DNA of 40,793 nucleotides from a virus (taxonomy: Duplodnaviria > Heunggongvirae > Uroviricota > Caudoviricetes). The notes under the pieces were generated by a model that searched no databases, was not told the origin of the DNA, and worked only from the letters and a program-made list of their open reading frames with translations. Position 1 is the stretch's first letter; the number at the start of each line of letters is the position of its first letter. The position numbers and the translations under genes are program-made. The DNA is taken from IMG/VR virus record IMGVR_UViG_3300048837_000378, positions 1 through 40,793 of that record; one strand, given 5' to 3'. This document shows, one piece after another, positions 23,968 through 34,559 of this stretch.

Positions 23968-24618
23968 ATGAGCACTAAAGGTAACAGGTCGTCTGGAACA
24001 CAGATTACCCCAAAAGGAGTCAATCAAGGCCAAGTCTTAGTTGACCCAAATACAGGTTTGCCTGTTACCGTTGTGACGGATAATCAAGGCAAACGTCGCC
24101 TTGCCGTCGATGCCAATGTTACGGCGTCAATAGGCAATATTAATGTAGATTTAGATTTTAATGAAGATAGTGTTCAACTTGGAGACCCTAATTCAGGTTT
24201 TACATTAAAAATAAATAGTGACGGTTCAATAGATTGTAATGTTAAAGTCGATGCCGCTGACGGTGATAACGTCGCCATAAAAGATAGCAACGGCGACGAA
24301 CTAAACATTAATCCTGACGGGTCCTTAAATGTAGTATTTAATCCACTTACGACCCCGAATATACAAAACATAACAACAGTTTTAGCTAATACAGAGTATT
24401 CGTACACTTTCCCTATAAACACTAAAAAGTTTAAAATTAGAGCAAGAGGAAATGCTAAATTACAATTAGCTTACACTTTGGGACAAACAATCACCAACTA
24501 TATTACTATTGTTGCAGGAAATACTCATGAGGAGAGTGGTCTTTCTGTAACTTCTTTAACAGCCTATTTTATATCAAACAAAGCTGGAGAAGTAGTAGAG
24601 ATATCAAGTTGGACATAA
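23968..24618 (+). CDS. Virion fibre/decoration-like protein
   Basis: Repeated L-x-IN-x-DGS-[IL]-x-V units plus a C-terminal beta-sandwich. Confidence 0.55.
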   Translation: MSTKGNRSSGTQITPKGVNQGQVLVDPNTGLPVTVVTDNQGKRRLAVDANVTASIGNINVDLDFNEDSVQLGDPNSGFTLKINSDGSIDCNVKVDAADGDNVAIKDSNGDELNINPDGSLNVVFNPLTTPNIQNITTVLANTEYSYTFPINTKKFKIRARGNAKLQLAYTLGQTITNYITIVAGNTHEESGLSVTSLTAYFISNKAGEVVEISSWT

Positions 24619-24636
24619 CAAAAGGAAATTAAAAAT

Positions 24637-25329
24637 ATGAAAGACCATTTAATTTTTGATACAACCGATGCTGACACAATCGCAGCAACGGATAGCGTAG
24701 GCGCGTATCTTAGAGCGTCAGATGGAACTCTCCTCACACACACAGACGTAGGCGGAAAGAAAGCCTTAGACGTGCGAGTGGCAGAGGGAATCAACGTAGA
24801 AGTTGACTTAAACTTCGCAGATGACTCAGTTACTGCGCATCAAGGTGGAACTTGGACAATCGACAGCATTACAAATGCAGTCACTGTTACAGCCACAAAT
24901 TTAGATATCCGCGACTTAACCGCAGCTAGCGATAGCGTAGATTCTTGGTTAAACGACGGAGCCGGTACCGCATTAACATCTACTTTAGTGAGCGGCAAGC
25001 AAGCATTAGATGTAAATATTGCAAACACTATTGCAGTAAATGATGCAGCTTTAGCAGACACGGCAATACTCAGTACTGCTAATCCTCTTGCAGTAGCAAA
25101 CACTGCGGAATTAATTGTAGCGTCAGCATTAGCAAATAGAAAATACTTATTTGTATACAATAACGCAAATACCAAGGTTTTTGTTGGTAGTTCTGGCGTT
25201 ACTGAGGCTAACGGTTTCCCTCTTTCTCCAGGTTCATATATGGAACTTAGAGCTGGAGCGTCTTCTGCACCTTATTTTGTTGGACAGGCTGGAAAAACTC
25301 CAGAAATCCGAACTTTAGAATTAAGTTAA
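24637..25329 (+). CDS. Virion fibre/decoration-like protein
   Basis: Repeated GK-x-ALDV units plus a C-terminal beta-sandwich; own RBS and terminator. Confidence 0.55.
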   Translation: MKDHLIFDTTDADTIAATDSVGAYLRASDGTLLTHTDVGGKKALDVRVAEGINVEVDLNFADDSVTAHQGGTWTIDSITNAVTVTATNLDIRDLTAASDSVDSWLNDGAGTALTSTLVSGKQALDVNIANTIAVNDAALADTAILSTANPLAVANTAELIVASALANRKYLFVYNNANTKVFVGSSGVTEANGFPLSPGSYMELRAGASSAPYFVGQAGKTPEIRTLELS

Positions 25330-25337
25330 TATTCTTT

Positions 25338-25366
25338 AGGGGGAGATATTTTCTCCCCTTATTTTT
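25338..25366 (+). terminator. Rho-independent terminator
   Basis: GGGGAGA-TATTT-TCTCCCC then TTATTTTT. Confidence 0.7.
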
Positions 25367-25375
25367 AGAGGACTC

Positions 25376-25585
25376 ATGAGCGAATTAAATTTTAATGAAG
25401 AAGATAAGCAGAAATTTGTAGAATTTTTGAATATGATAGCTAAGAATGCAGAATTTAAGCTAGATACAACACAGATTATACAGTATTTCAAATTGCTATC
25501 ACACGTCCAACAAAAAATATTACCTAAAATAGATGCTAATATTTTAGAAGTTAAAAGAGTAGTAAATTCTACTGAAAACAGTTAA
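25376..25585 (+). CDS. Small helical hypothetical protein
   Basis: GAGGA RBS. Confidence 0.7.
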   Translation: MSELNFNEEDKQKFVEFLNMIAKNAEFKLDTTQIIQYFKLLSHVQQKILPKIDANILEVKRVVNSTENS

Positions 25586-25593
25586 GGATTATT

Positions 25594-25899
25594 ATGTCAA
25601 GATTGTTAGATGGCCCAGCAAAACAGACAAAGGTTTCTGTAGGAACTGGAACTGCTGTAGAAGTAAAAGTAGGTGCTTCATCTTTCACTGACAGACAAGC
25701 AATTACTATACAGCCCACTGGAAAACTTAAAGTATATTTTGCAGACGAAGGTGAGACGCCCTCGGCAGCCACAGTCGCCGCAAATGGTTTTATTCATTTT
25801 AAAGATGCAAAAGAAACTTATGAAGCCGGTCCACAACAAAAAGTATTCATAGTATCAGATACCGGAACTATTGATGTAGTGGTGTGCGAAAGAGCGTAA
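25594..25899 (+). CDS. Small beta-sandwich, probable virion protein
   Basis: Similar to the C-terminal domain of 24637-25329 (RxxxxIxN/P...NGF). Confidence 0.6.
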   Translation: MSRLLDGPAKQTKVSVGTGTAVEVKVGASSFTDRQAITIQPTGKLKVYFADEGETPSAATVAANGFIHFKDAKETYEAGPQQKVFIVSDTGTIDVVVCERA

Positions 25900-25900
25900 T

Positions 25901-26683
25901 ATGTCAAAAGATAGATTCATACAAGTTGCTGGAACTGTTCCTTTTGATACTGTAGGTAATCATTTTTCTAGTACAAATGTGCAAGAAACAATTGAAGAAG
26001 CTAGAAAAACGGACTCCTTTTATACTCAAGCGACATCGGCCAGCACTCTAGTAATGACTTCCGCGTTTCAAAAAGTAATACTATTTACTGGAACCGTATC
26101 AGGTCAAGTATTAAGATTGCCACCAGCAAATACAGTGCTCGTCGGCACCTGGTATACAATAATTAATACTACAAATGACGATAGTATAGCGGTACAAGAC
26201 GGTTCTTCTACTTTAATTTATACACTAGGCGCAGGCGAAGCTATTCAAGTATACTGTTCTGATATATCTTCAGTTGCAGGAGTATGGACTAAAATAACTC
26301 CTTTAGCATTGTTCGGCAGTCAATATCAAACGGCTGGAACTGCTACAGAAACAAGCACAACTTCCGCTACGTTTCAAAATAAAGTGACACTAACGACAAT
26401 ATCTCTTCCAGCAGGAGATTATAGATTAAGTTGGTCTTTGCAATGGCGAGCTGCCAATGCAAATAGAGGTATAGGAATAAGAGTTCAAAGAGATGCTGTA
26501 GAATTAGCAAACTATACAAGATTTTCAGGAAGCGCGTCAGATGCTCCCCCTGAAAGCGGCTTTATTACTCTAACTGCACAAACAGCCGGAGTAAAAGTTT
26601 ATACTTTAGATTTTAGAGTTGCCATAGGCTCCACAACAATTTTTGTTAAAAATTCTTACTTAGAACTTTGGAGAACTAGATAA
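25901..26683 (+). CDS. Fibre/receptor-binding-like virion protein
   Basis: STNVQETIEE; VLRLPPANT...WYTIINT; T/S-rich beta C-terminus. Confidence 0.55.
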   Translation: MSKDRFIQVAGTVPFDTVGNHFSSTNVQETIEEARKTDSFYTQATSASTLVMTSAFQKVILFTGTVSGQVLRLPPANTVLVGTWYTIINTTNDDSIAVQDGSSTLIYTLGAGEAIQVYCSDISSVAGVWTKITPLALFGSQYQTAGTATETSTTSATFQNKVTLTTISLPAGDYRLSWSLQWRAANANRGIGIRVQRDAVELANYTRFSGSASDAPPESGFITLTAQTAGVKVYTLDFRVAIGSTTIFVKNSYLELWRTR

Positions 26684-27459
26684 TGTCTTATTCATTTGAC
26701 AAATTATGTAATTCTGCAAGATTAAAGCAAGAAATTGAAAATTCAACAATAACAGTCGCTTTGGATTACATCAATACTACCACTTCTCCAGAAAATACAA
26801 CTATATTTTTTAAAGCCGAATTAGCTTTAGGAGAAGAAACAACATTAGAAGAGTTAGTAGAAAATCATACTAACATCCCATTACCTGACCAAGAAGTTAT
26901 CTTTACTTTGGATACCCCTAAAGATACTGACGGCTCGCCTCTACAAAGAATCAAAGTTACGGCGACAGGTTGGAGCTATCAGCTTCATGGAGTAGAGTTT
27001 AAAACCTCACAATTATCTTCTATACACTCTAAAAAGGCTGATGGTACAGATTTTGGCTTCGCCAATATAAAATGTTATGACTCTGACAATGATTTAATAG
27101 AAACTCAAGAATTAGCAGATACCGACTGTGTAAAAACCGTAATCGACTGGGAACCTACGCACGATTACGAAATAGTGGGTGGAATGTTTAAGTTGGCAAG
27201 TTTACCGGAAGTGGACGTCAGACTGTGGGTGATAGGTGTCCCTGATGTGCCCGTTGAATACGGCGGCAGTAAAGAATTCGTAACTTCGGTCAACATTAAG
27301 TATATAGGATTAGAAGAGGGTGTCCGCGCAGACGGCAGAGCCTCTAAATATCTAGCTCATAATGCACAGTATCATACAAATAAAATGCGGTTAGTATTAA
27401 AGCATCCAGCAGGATATAAACAAGATTTTCAAATGATATTTGAAATATTTAAGGCTTAA
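26683..27459 (+). CDS. Hypothetical virion protein
   Basis: ORF track; coupled to both neighbours. Confidence 0.6.
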   Translation: MSYSFDKLCNSARLKQEIENSTITVALDYINTTTSPENTTIFFKAELALGEETTLEELVENHTNIPLPDQEVIFTLDTPKDTDGSPLQRIKVTATGWSYQLHGVEFKTSQLSSIHSKKADGTDFGFANIKCYDSDNDLIETQELADTDCVKTVIDWEPTHDYEIVGGMFKLASLPEVDVRLWVIGVPDVPVEYGGSKEFVTSVNIKYIGLEEGVRADGRASKYLAHNAQYHTNKMRLVLKHPAGYKQDFQMIFEIFKA

Positions 27460-27460
27460 T

Positions 27461-27955
27461 ATGGCAAATATATACGTTGGTTTTTCGTACCCCATAGAAT
27501 TTAAGTTAGGAGCTTACGCGATTAAATCGTGGAGCGGAGTAGATTACTCTCATGTATATATTAGATTTGAAAGTAGTAATACAAAAGTACCTTCTAACGT
27601 ATATCACGCTGCTCACGGAATGGTACATTTTATAGAGTTTGAAAATTTTAAGAAAAACAACAGAGTAATTAAAGAGTATACAATAGAACTTTCCGACGAA
27701 GATAGATTAGACATTTTGATTGAGTGTATGTATCTGAGTGGCGAAGGCTACGGTTATACAGAACTTATTAAAATATTATTTACAGATTTGGTTTACGGGG
27801 CGTTAAATAAAAATTTGATAACCAGTAATAGCAGAGGCTATATATGTTCAGAATTAGTTGGAAAATTGCTAATTGATAAATTAAAACTAAGTTTTTCAAA
27901 GCCGACCCATCTACTAAAACCCGTAGACATAGATAACAAATTAAGAGATTATTAA
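27461..27955 (+). CDS. Permuted papain-like amidase (YiiX/YaeF, NlpC/P60-related)
   Basis: His before Cys: DYSHVYI ... YICSELV. Confidence 0.7.
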   Translation: MANIYVGFSYPIEFKLGAYAIKSWSGVDYSHVYIRFESSNTKVPSNVYHAAHGMVHFIEFENFKKNNRVIKEYTIELSDEDRLDILIECMYLSGEGYGYTELIKILFTDLVYGALNKNLITSNSRGYICSELVGKLLIDKLKLSFSKPTHLLKPVDIDNKLRDY

Positions 27956-28002
27956 AAATACCCCTCACACCATATAGGTTTGAATTACATTAGAGGTTAA
28001 TA

Positions 28003-28401
28003 ATGAATGAGTGGCTTACAAAGCTTTTAATAGCTTCGTTAGCAGCTTTGGCTCCAATCCACATGGTAATGATTACCGTAGGATTCCTTATCTTTGCTGA
28101 TTTGGTCACAGGAGTATGGGCAGCTAGAAAAAGGGGAGAAAAAGTATCATCTGCGGCATTGCGCAGAACAGTATCTAAAATAGTGATATATCAATTAGCC
28201 GTAATAAGCGGATTTTTGCTTGAGACTCACTTGTTAGATAAACTACTCCCAGTAGCTAAAATAGTAGCTGGAGTAATTGGTATGGTTGAGTTTAAATCTA
28301 TTTTAGAAAACTCAAATACCATTGTGGGTGGAGACCTTTTCAAACTTGTTTTGAAAAAATTAGGGTCAGATAACGACCCAAAAAATAAACCACAGGAGTA
28401 A
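28003..28401 (+). CDS. Holin (phage holin 4_1-like)
   Basis: DLVTGVWAA...SSAALRRTVSK...EFKSILEN with hydrophobic segments. Confidence 0.75.
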   Translation: MNEWLTKLLIASLAALAPIHMVMITVGFLIFADLVTGVWAARKRGEKVSSAALRRTVSKIVIYQLAVISGFLLETHLLDKLLPVAKIVAGVIGMVEFKSILENSNTIVGGDLFKLVLKKLGSDNDPKNKPQE

Positions 28402-28403
28402 TT

Positions 28404-29162
28404 ATGGCTCGTATCGTATCTTCGGTCGCTGGTACAAGAAGTGAGCCTAAAGACGGTTACGCTTTTGTTCGCGGCACAACAGCTACCTTTAAAATAATTT
28501 TTACCAGTGAAGGACGACCTACCCAGGTTGACACTTTAACTGTACCGGTAGCTAGAATATTAAAACCTGTATTTTTGAGTCACTCTGGCAGCCCTATTCC
28601 AGAAGTAATAGCGTCTCTTAATGGAGTCCTTACGGGTGGACAAGAATTTGAATATAGCTTTACATGGAACATTCCTCAAAACCTAGACCCGAGTGACGAA
28701 TATATCGTTACTTATGAAGGTATTTTAGGTGGAATGACATTTGGCTTTGGAGATGAATTTTTCGCAATAAACCATTCATCAGGTGTCGTCGGAACTAAAA
28801 CTCCATCATTTGCAACAGCAGACGATGTGAGAAAAAAGAAGTTCAATATTGACGACTACTTTCCTGAAATTTTTAAGAAAGATTTAGACTCTAGAAATAA
28901 GCTATTAGAAGACCATCTAAACGACGCAGCAGTAAGACTTAGAGAAGAACTGAGTTTACATAAGCAGCGCGGGTTTTCAGAAAATTATAGACTATTTTGT
29001 ATATATTACACTATTTGGAGCATACTATTAGCTTCCAGAGGAGAAGACGGAAGTTCTGTTTCTGACCAAAATATTCAATTTTGGCGTGCGGAATGGGAAA
29101 GAATCTTGTCTCAAGAAAAACGTCAAAGTTTATTTCAAGGTCTTCCGCTGGGTCGTGGATAA
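28404..29162 (+). CDS. Head-tail adaptor/neck-like protein
   Basis: Beta-rich N-domain plus helical C-domain; position before the tail genes. Confidence 0.5.
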   Translation: MARIVSSVAGTRSEPKDGYAFVRGTTATFKIIFTSEGRPTQVDTLTVPVARILKPVFLSHSGSPIPEVIASLNGVLTGGQEFEYSFTWNIPQNLDPSDEYIVTYEGILGGMTFGFGDEFFAINHSSGVVGTKTPSFATADDVRKKKFNIDDYFPEIFKKDLDSRNKLLEDHLNDAAVRLREELSLHKQRGFSENYRLFCIYYTIWSILLASRGEDGSSVSDQNIQFWRAEWERILSQEKRQSLFQGLPLGRG

Positions 29163-30265
29163 TGGTTAAATTCAAGTTTGATTCTAATACAGAAGTCGTA
29201 AAAGACTTAAAAAAGTTTAGAGAAGATATTAGTAATAATATTGTCTTTAAAGGTTTAGATGAAAGATTAGCTTCAGACGTGATGTTGCTTAAGAAGCAAC
29301 TATTGAATGTAATTAACCAAGCAAAACCAGAAAAACCGACAGACCAAACAACTGTTACAGAACCTGAAGTTTTTGTCACAAAATCAGAAAGTGAATTAAT
29401 AAAACACTTTACTGGACTAGACCCGAATGATATTAGAAAAAGTCAAGACTTCACCAAACTCATAGAAGGTAAAGTCGCTTTTGTCCGCAAAGATAGAAAT
29501 ATGCTAGGAGATGACACCGCTCCTAGCAGAATGACACCAGGAGTAAGTTATAGATTGGACATGAGCCAATACGATACCTTTGAATCTCAACACTCTAGAG
29601 CAATAGACTATTTTAATAACTCTCTATATGTCATTGAAGAGGGCGGCAAACGTAGAATATTTGCTAACCCTGGTGGACACGATTTAAGTAGATTTGTAAA
29701 GGTCGTCTGTACAAGAGAGCAGGGTGACACCGCCGCTGCTAGAAAACGTTTTGAAAAGTATAGAAACGGTAATAATAGAAGCCGCAATGCCGACACAGCA
29801 GGTTTCGCCGATTGGACACTGCAAAAAGAAGGCATAGAATATATTCGTAAAAACTTTGTCGATTTAACAGATATTGTTGAAAAGATAAAAGAAGGTGACG
29901 AAGAAGAAGCTTTTAATATAGCGGCTCGCAAAGGAAGTCGGTCTGAACCAATTAGAGACTTTCAAGAAAAGTTGCAAGACATTAAGGATAGAAAAAATCT
30001 TAATCCTTCAACAGAAGCCTATCTGAATCTTGTTCGATTAGTTAAAAATTTAAAAATTCTAAAGAGAGTGTCTCCTAATATTAAAGTAGAATATTCTTTG
30101 GTTACTAATGACAACTCCTCTACTCAAGAAAACGACGACAAGTTTGTAGATAGTATCAAAAACCACATTTATATGTGGGAAGTATCTCATCAAGAAAAAT
30201 GGGTTAGTACGTTGTTAAGAAAAATCGACAAAATACTACAAAAATATACAACAAAGGAAACTTAA
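29162..30265 (+). CDS. Hypothetical neck/tail-completion region protein
   Basis: Start MVKFKF overlaps the upstream TAA. Confidence 0.55.
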   Translation: MVKFKFDSNTEVVKDLKKFREDISNNIVFKGLDERLASDVMLLKKQLLNVINQAKPEKPTDQTTVTEPEVFVTKSESELIKHFTGLDPNDIRKSQDFTKLIEGKVAFVRKDRNMLGDDTAPSRMTPGVSYRLDMSQYDTFESQHSRAIDYFNNSLYVIEEGGKRRIFANPGGHDLSRFVKVVCTREQGDTAAARKRFEKYRNGNNRSRNADTAGFADWTLQKEGIEYIRKNFVDLTDIVEKIKEGDEEEAFNIAARKGSRSEPIRDFQEKLQDIKDRKNLNPSTEAYLNLVRLVKNLKILKRVSPNIKVEYSLVTNDNSSTQENDDKFVDSIKNHIYMWEVSHQEKWVSTLLRKIDKILQKYTTKET

Positions 30266-30268
30266 TAT

Positions 30269-31747
30269 ATGTCTAGAAGAATCTTTCTTGATGTAGAAGA
30301 AGCTTTAGCACGAGAAGTTCGTAGGATTACATTTCACGACTCTCGTACTCAGGACAAAGTAATTCTTCAAGACACTTATGATGTATTTACTGGAGAAGTA
30401 ATACAAGCTCCAATTGAAGCTAACTTCTATGATTCTAGTGCAGATACCCAACATATTCAGTATCCTCACGTTTTTATTAGATTAATGAAAACTAAAGAAG
30501 ATAGAACTACTGGAAGAGTGGTTCCTCAATACGGTAAATGGATTGTATCTCCAGTTACGACCTCCCCTGGCGCATATCAAATTATAGTACCAGGTTCAGA
30601 CGCTCTTATCACAGCGTTGGGAAGCTCACTAACAACTACTATATTTCAAATTAGAAAAGTCCAAGTAGGACATCTGATTAGACTTTTAGCAGGTAATAAC
30701 AAAGGAACTTATACTGTAAGCTCGATAACAATTAATCCGTCGGGCGACCACACAATAACTGTATCCAATACACTTGTTACAAATTTACCTGCTCTATCTT
30801 ACAATTTAGTAAATGGAGTAGTGACTTTTTTAAATGATATAGACCTTAATACAGTAAAGATAGGTGATATTTTTACTGACGCAAGTTCTAATACGTTTTC
30901 TATTACTGCTGTAAATCCAAGCCAAGCTTCTATAACTTTGGCACCTTCTTTAATAGTGAATACTGCTCTTGGCGGTTCAGTATCACGTTCAGGAAATGTT
31001 TTTACAGCAACGGATTTGAGTCCGGTAAAATATTTAGTAATGGACCCAAACCAACCAATTCAAACAGTTGGAGTTTGTGGGCCTCAAAATGCTTCTAGTA
31101 GTTACGCAGGGGTGAGCCCCGAAGTTCCTATTGACGCTTATTACTTAATACGAATCGACTCCAAGACACGCGAAAACCACATATCAGTCCTTAATAGGGT
31201 TTGGGAGGAATTTAATCCTCCTAGAACAGCTTTACCTGTTATACGACGTTCTTCTCTTAGTGCCGAACAATCATTGACCGTGGATATTACCCTCGGTGGC
31301 AGCAATATTGTTGAAGTGGCCGATACTACCAAGTTTAAAGTAAATGACCAAGTATTTGTATTTGATGATTTTACTCCAACAAAAGCAGTATCAGGTGACG
31401 GTTTTCAAAGACCGTTTAGTTCTAAAGTTGTAAATATCCTGTCAGCTACAGAAATAGAGCTGGCAGATACAGTCCCCGATACTTACAAAGTTGAAAAAAG
31501 TTCTAAAATTGTAAGTAATGCACAGTTTCAGTTATTCATGTTTCATTTCGTGGACCATGTTACAAAAGATGTCGAGGGAGCCCAATACTGGGTTCACGAG
31601 TTTACATTTTGGGTACAAGTGTTCGTAGATAGACTTGAAACACCTGCCGATACTTCGGCAGTTGTGGGAGCTGATTCTTCTGCTATTCTTGATATTGCTA
31701 TTCCAATTGAAAATCTGGAAGGCGATATCATTATCGAAGACACTTAA
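30269..31747 (+). CDS. Tail terminator/completion-like protein with beta-rich insertions
   Basis: Directly upstream of the sheath; YPHVFIRL...HEFTFWVQ. Confidence 0.5.
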   Translation: MSRRIFLDVEEALAREVRRITFHDSRTQDKVILQDTYDVFTGEVIQAPIEANFYDSSADTQHIQYPHVFIRLMKTKEDRTTGRVVPQYGKWIVSPVTTSPGAYQIIVPGSDALITALGSSLTTTIFQIRKVQVGHLIRLLAGNNKGTYTVSSITINPSGDHTITVSNTLVTNLPALSYNLVNGVVTFLNDIDLNTVKIGDIFTDASSNTFSITAVNPSQASITLAPSLIVNTALGGSVSRSGNVFTATDLSPVKYLVMDPNQPIQTVGVCGPQNASSSYAGVSPEVPIDAYYLIRIDSKTRENHISVLNRVWEEFNPPRTALPVIRRSSLSAEQSLTVDITLGGSNIVEVADTTKFKVNDQVFVFDDFTPTKAVSGDGFQRPFSSKVVNILSATEIELADTVPDTYKVEKSSKIVSNAQFQLFMFHFVDHVTKDVEGAQYWVHEFTFWVQVFVDRLETPADTSAVVGADSSAILDIAIPIENLEGDIIIEDT

Positions 31748-31764
31748 TTTATGGGAGATAATAA

Positions 31765-33210
31765 ATGTCAATTTTAAATACAAATATCGGTCCTGAAAGG
31801 GTTCAGGTCTTCGACCAACCCATTGGAACCGTACAAGTTGCTGGAGCTTCTACTTCAGTTACGGCATTTCTTATCAGCACATCTAAAGTCGGCGCACCTC
31901 TTAATACACCTACTGCTGTCAATACATTTGAAGAGTTTGTGGATGCTTTTGGAGACGCTGATGATATCCTTTACGACGGTTATTACGCTGTAAAGGGTTT
32001 TTATGATAATGCTGGTTCGGGAGCTGATGCTGTGATTGTTCACGTAGGAACAACCCCAACTTCGTCTTCTTTCATTGGAAATGCCTCCCTTGGAACAGGT
32101 TTGCGAGCTTTAGATACTGTAGACTCAATTGGTCTAGTGTGTATTCCTGGTTTGCCTCTGTCTATGGCCTACGCAGTTCACGGCCCATTGATTGATTACT
32201 CTGAAACGGTTAGAGCGGAATTTGGTGCTACCCTTTCTACTCTCTTTTCGCTGCTTGCAGTGCCTAAAGAGATTAGTAAAGCTAATACTGACACGCAACT
32301 CTTAGGACCACTTACTGTTAGTACAGTAACTGGCCTTGTTGTCGGGTTTAGCGGTACGCCGAACCTTTCAAGTATCACTCCTGGTATGATTGTTAAAAAG
32401 GCAGGAGCATTCGTTGGAACAATTACTGCGGTAAATGACCCTTCAGATGAGTTGACTTTGACCTCTGTTGGAACGATTGCAGTTTCTGATGCAAATATTA
32501 CGTTGCACATGCCTTCTGCAATTACTTACAAAGATATGGTAGTTAACAACCCTTCACGAGTTTCTGCTTGGTATTTTAATAACCCAATCATGCGTGATGA
32601 AACTACTGGCGCAGCGCCTGATGACACAGTGGTCGTTGACCCTGTAGGACATTGTGCAGGAATTATGGCACGTATTGACCAAAATATTGCAATTGGCGGA
32701 GTATCACATGCTCCATCAGGAATTCAATATGCAGGACTTTCTGGCATTCAAGGATTAAATCTTAGAATTTCTGAAAGACTGGATGCTGAACCTCTTCGAC
32801 TTGCATTCATTAATAGACTTACGTCTTTTCCTGGTCAAGGTAATGTTATTTTTGGAGGATATACTGCTGGCGGCTCAGCCGTAACAGCTAGTGAACAACT
32901 CATTCAAGTAATGAGAAGTTTGCAGTATATTAAGTCTTCTTTGGAGCCAGGTTTGAGAGGCTTCTTGTGGGAAAATTTCTCACCAGAAACACAATCTCAA
33001 GTTGAACGGTCTATTGAGTCGTTTATGCGAAACAATATTCACCTGTTCCCTGCTGGTTTACCAGAGTCGCAACAATTTCGTGTTCTTAGAGTGGAACCAA
33101 CTCAAGACGAACTTGACCAAGGACTCTTACGAGTACGAATTCAAGTTAAACCAAACCAAGCGGTCAGATTCATTGAGATTTCTCTTGAATACCCACTTCC
33201 TACGGCTTAA
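31765..33210 (+). CDS. Tail sheath protein
   Basis: GPERVQVFD...TSVTAFL; C-terminal QGLLRVRIQVKPNQAVRFIEISL. Confidence 0.92.
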   Translation: MSILNTNIGPERVQVFDQPIGTVQVAGASTSVTAFLISTSKVGAPLNTPTAVNTFEEFVDAFGDADDILYDGYYAVKGFYDNAGSGADAVIVHVGTTPTSSSFIGNASLGTGLRALDTVDSIGLVCIPGLPLSMAYAVHGPLIDYSETVRAEFGATLSTLFSLLAVPKEISKANTDTQLLGPLTVSTVTGLVVGFSGTPNLSSITPGMIVKKAGAFVGTITAVNDPSDELTLTSVGTIAVSDANITLHMPSAITYKDMVVNNPSRVSAWYFNNPIMRDETTGAAPDDTVVVDPVGHCAGIMARIDQNIAIGGVSHAPSGIQYAGLSGIQGLNLRISERLDAEPLRLAFINRLTSFPGQGNVIFGGYTAGGSAVTASEQLIQVMRSLQYIKSSLEPGLRGFLWENFSPETQSQVERSIESFMRNNIHLFPAGLPESQQFRVLRVEPTQDELDQGLLRVRIQVKPNQAVRFIEISLEYPLPTA

Positions 33211-33225
33211 TAAGGAGTACATAAT

Positions 33226-33801
33226 ATGGCAAGAAGTTCAGTCGTAGACCCATTAGAGAAGTTCCGGTTTGCAATTTCATGGACAGCAGATGGTGATTCT
33301 GAAGGTACAGCTTTAGTGCGCCTCGGTTTTCACGATATGCAAATGCCCAAACGAGCGACTAATAAAATTAGTTATCGTGAAGGTATTGACCCTGATATCA
33401 ACCAACTAGCTCCAGGTTTGAGTACCACCGAAGATGTGGTTATGAGTCGCGGTACTATTATCACTGATATGAATGATGAATTCTATAAGTGGATTAGTGC
33501 TGTTCATAATCCCACTGCTGGTCACGTAGGACGCGAAGCTCTAGCAGCTCGAGCGTCAAACGCAGCAGCACACAAGTTTCGTAAAGACGTAACTGTTCAG
33601 ATGTTAGACCGTGAAGGTAATGTAGCCCGTCAATGGGTTTTGTACCAAGCATGGCCAACTAACTTTGTACCTGCTTCAGATTTGAATGCAGGCGAAGACG
33701 GTGAAAAAGCAATGGAACAACTTACTATTGCTTATGAAGACTTTAAAGAACTTGATGTAGCTGGCCAAGCGCGAGCGACTTCCTCAAGTCTACCTTCGTA
33801 A
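33226..33801 (+). CDS. Tail tube protein, T4 gp19-like (probably the major one)
   Basis: DPLEKFRF...ISYREG...DVVMSRG...RKDVTVQMLDREG...WVLYQAWPT. Confidence 0.9.
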   Translation: MARSSVVDPLEKFRFAISWTADGDSEGTALVRLGFHDMQMPKRATNKISYREGIDPDINQLAPGLSTTEDVVMSRGTIITDMNDEFYKWISAVHNPTAGHVGREALAARASNAAAHKFRKDVTVQMLDREGNVARQWVLYQAWPTNFVPASDLNAGEDGEKAMEQLTIAYEDFKELDVAGQARATSSSLPS

Positions 33802-33808
33802 TAATTTT

Positions 33809-33840
33809 AGAGGAGGGGCGCAAGCTCCTCTTCTTCCTTA
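33809..33840 (+). terminator. Hairpin/terminator after the first tube gene
   Basis: 11-bp stem with a GCAA loop. Confidence 0.6.
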
Positions 33841-33851
33841 ATGGAGATAAC

Positions 33852-34550
33852 ATGGCAAGGTCAAGTAAATCAGACCCAGTAGAAAAATTTAGATTTAGAG
33901 TGACAGTTATCGCTTTTGATTTAAGTTTAGCTGGTGCAGTAGACACTCTAGCAAATAGAGCAGACTTAGGTATCCATTCAGGATTAAAGTTGATAACAAG
34001 AGCAGGATTTACAGAAGTAACGCTCCCTAAAGCGACTATTAATGAGATTCCTTATAGAGAAAATATAGACAATTTAAGATTTATTAAAATTCCTGGTTTA
34101 GCAAAATATGAGCCCGTAACTCTTAAAAGAGGAGTCACAGGTAACAGAAATTTGTACGATTGGTATAGATTAGTAAATGAAGAGATAGCTTTAATGAACG
34201 TTGCTAACGAGCTAAGTAAAGACGCACAATTTTCAGTATCTCAAAGTGACGGCTATAGAAAAGATGTAGTAATTGAAGTTTTAGATAGAGAAGGTAAATC
34301 TGTAAAAGCTTGGTATTTGTTTAATGCCTGGCCTTCTACTTACATACCTGGAAATGATTTAAACGCTTCATCTGACGAAAAACTTTTAGAAGAGGTAACT
34401 CTTACTTATGAGTTTTTTGTTGAAATGGAAGGCGGTTTAGAGGGTTTTGCTAAAGAAATTGCAAAAGGCGCTCTTACAGTAGCCGCTAACGTATTACTAG
34501 AGAGATTTAAAAACGGAAAATTTGGAACTGGAAGCGGTTTAGGCTTCTAA
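33852..34550 (+). CDS. Tail tube paralogue 2 (gp19-like)
   Basis: DPVEKFRF...IPYREN...VTLKRG...WYLFNAWP. Confidence 0.85.
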   Translation: MARSSKSDPVEKFRFRVTVIAFDLSLAGAVDTLANRADLGIHSGLKLITRAGFTEVTLPKATINEIPYRENIDNLRFIKIPGLAKYEPVTLKRGVTGNRNLYDWYRLVNEEIALMNVANELSKDAQFSVSQSDGYRKDVVIEVLDREGKSVKAWYLFNAWPSTYIPGNDLNASSDEKLLEEVTLTYEFFVEMEGGLEGFAKEIAKGALTVAANVLLERFKNGKFGTGSGLGF

Positions 34551-34559
34551 GGAGTAACT

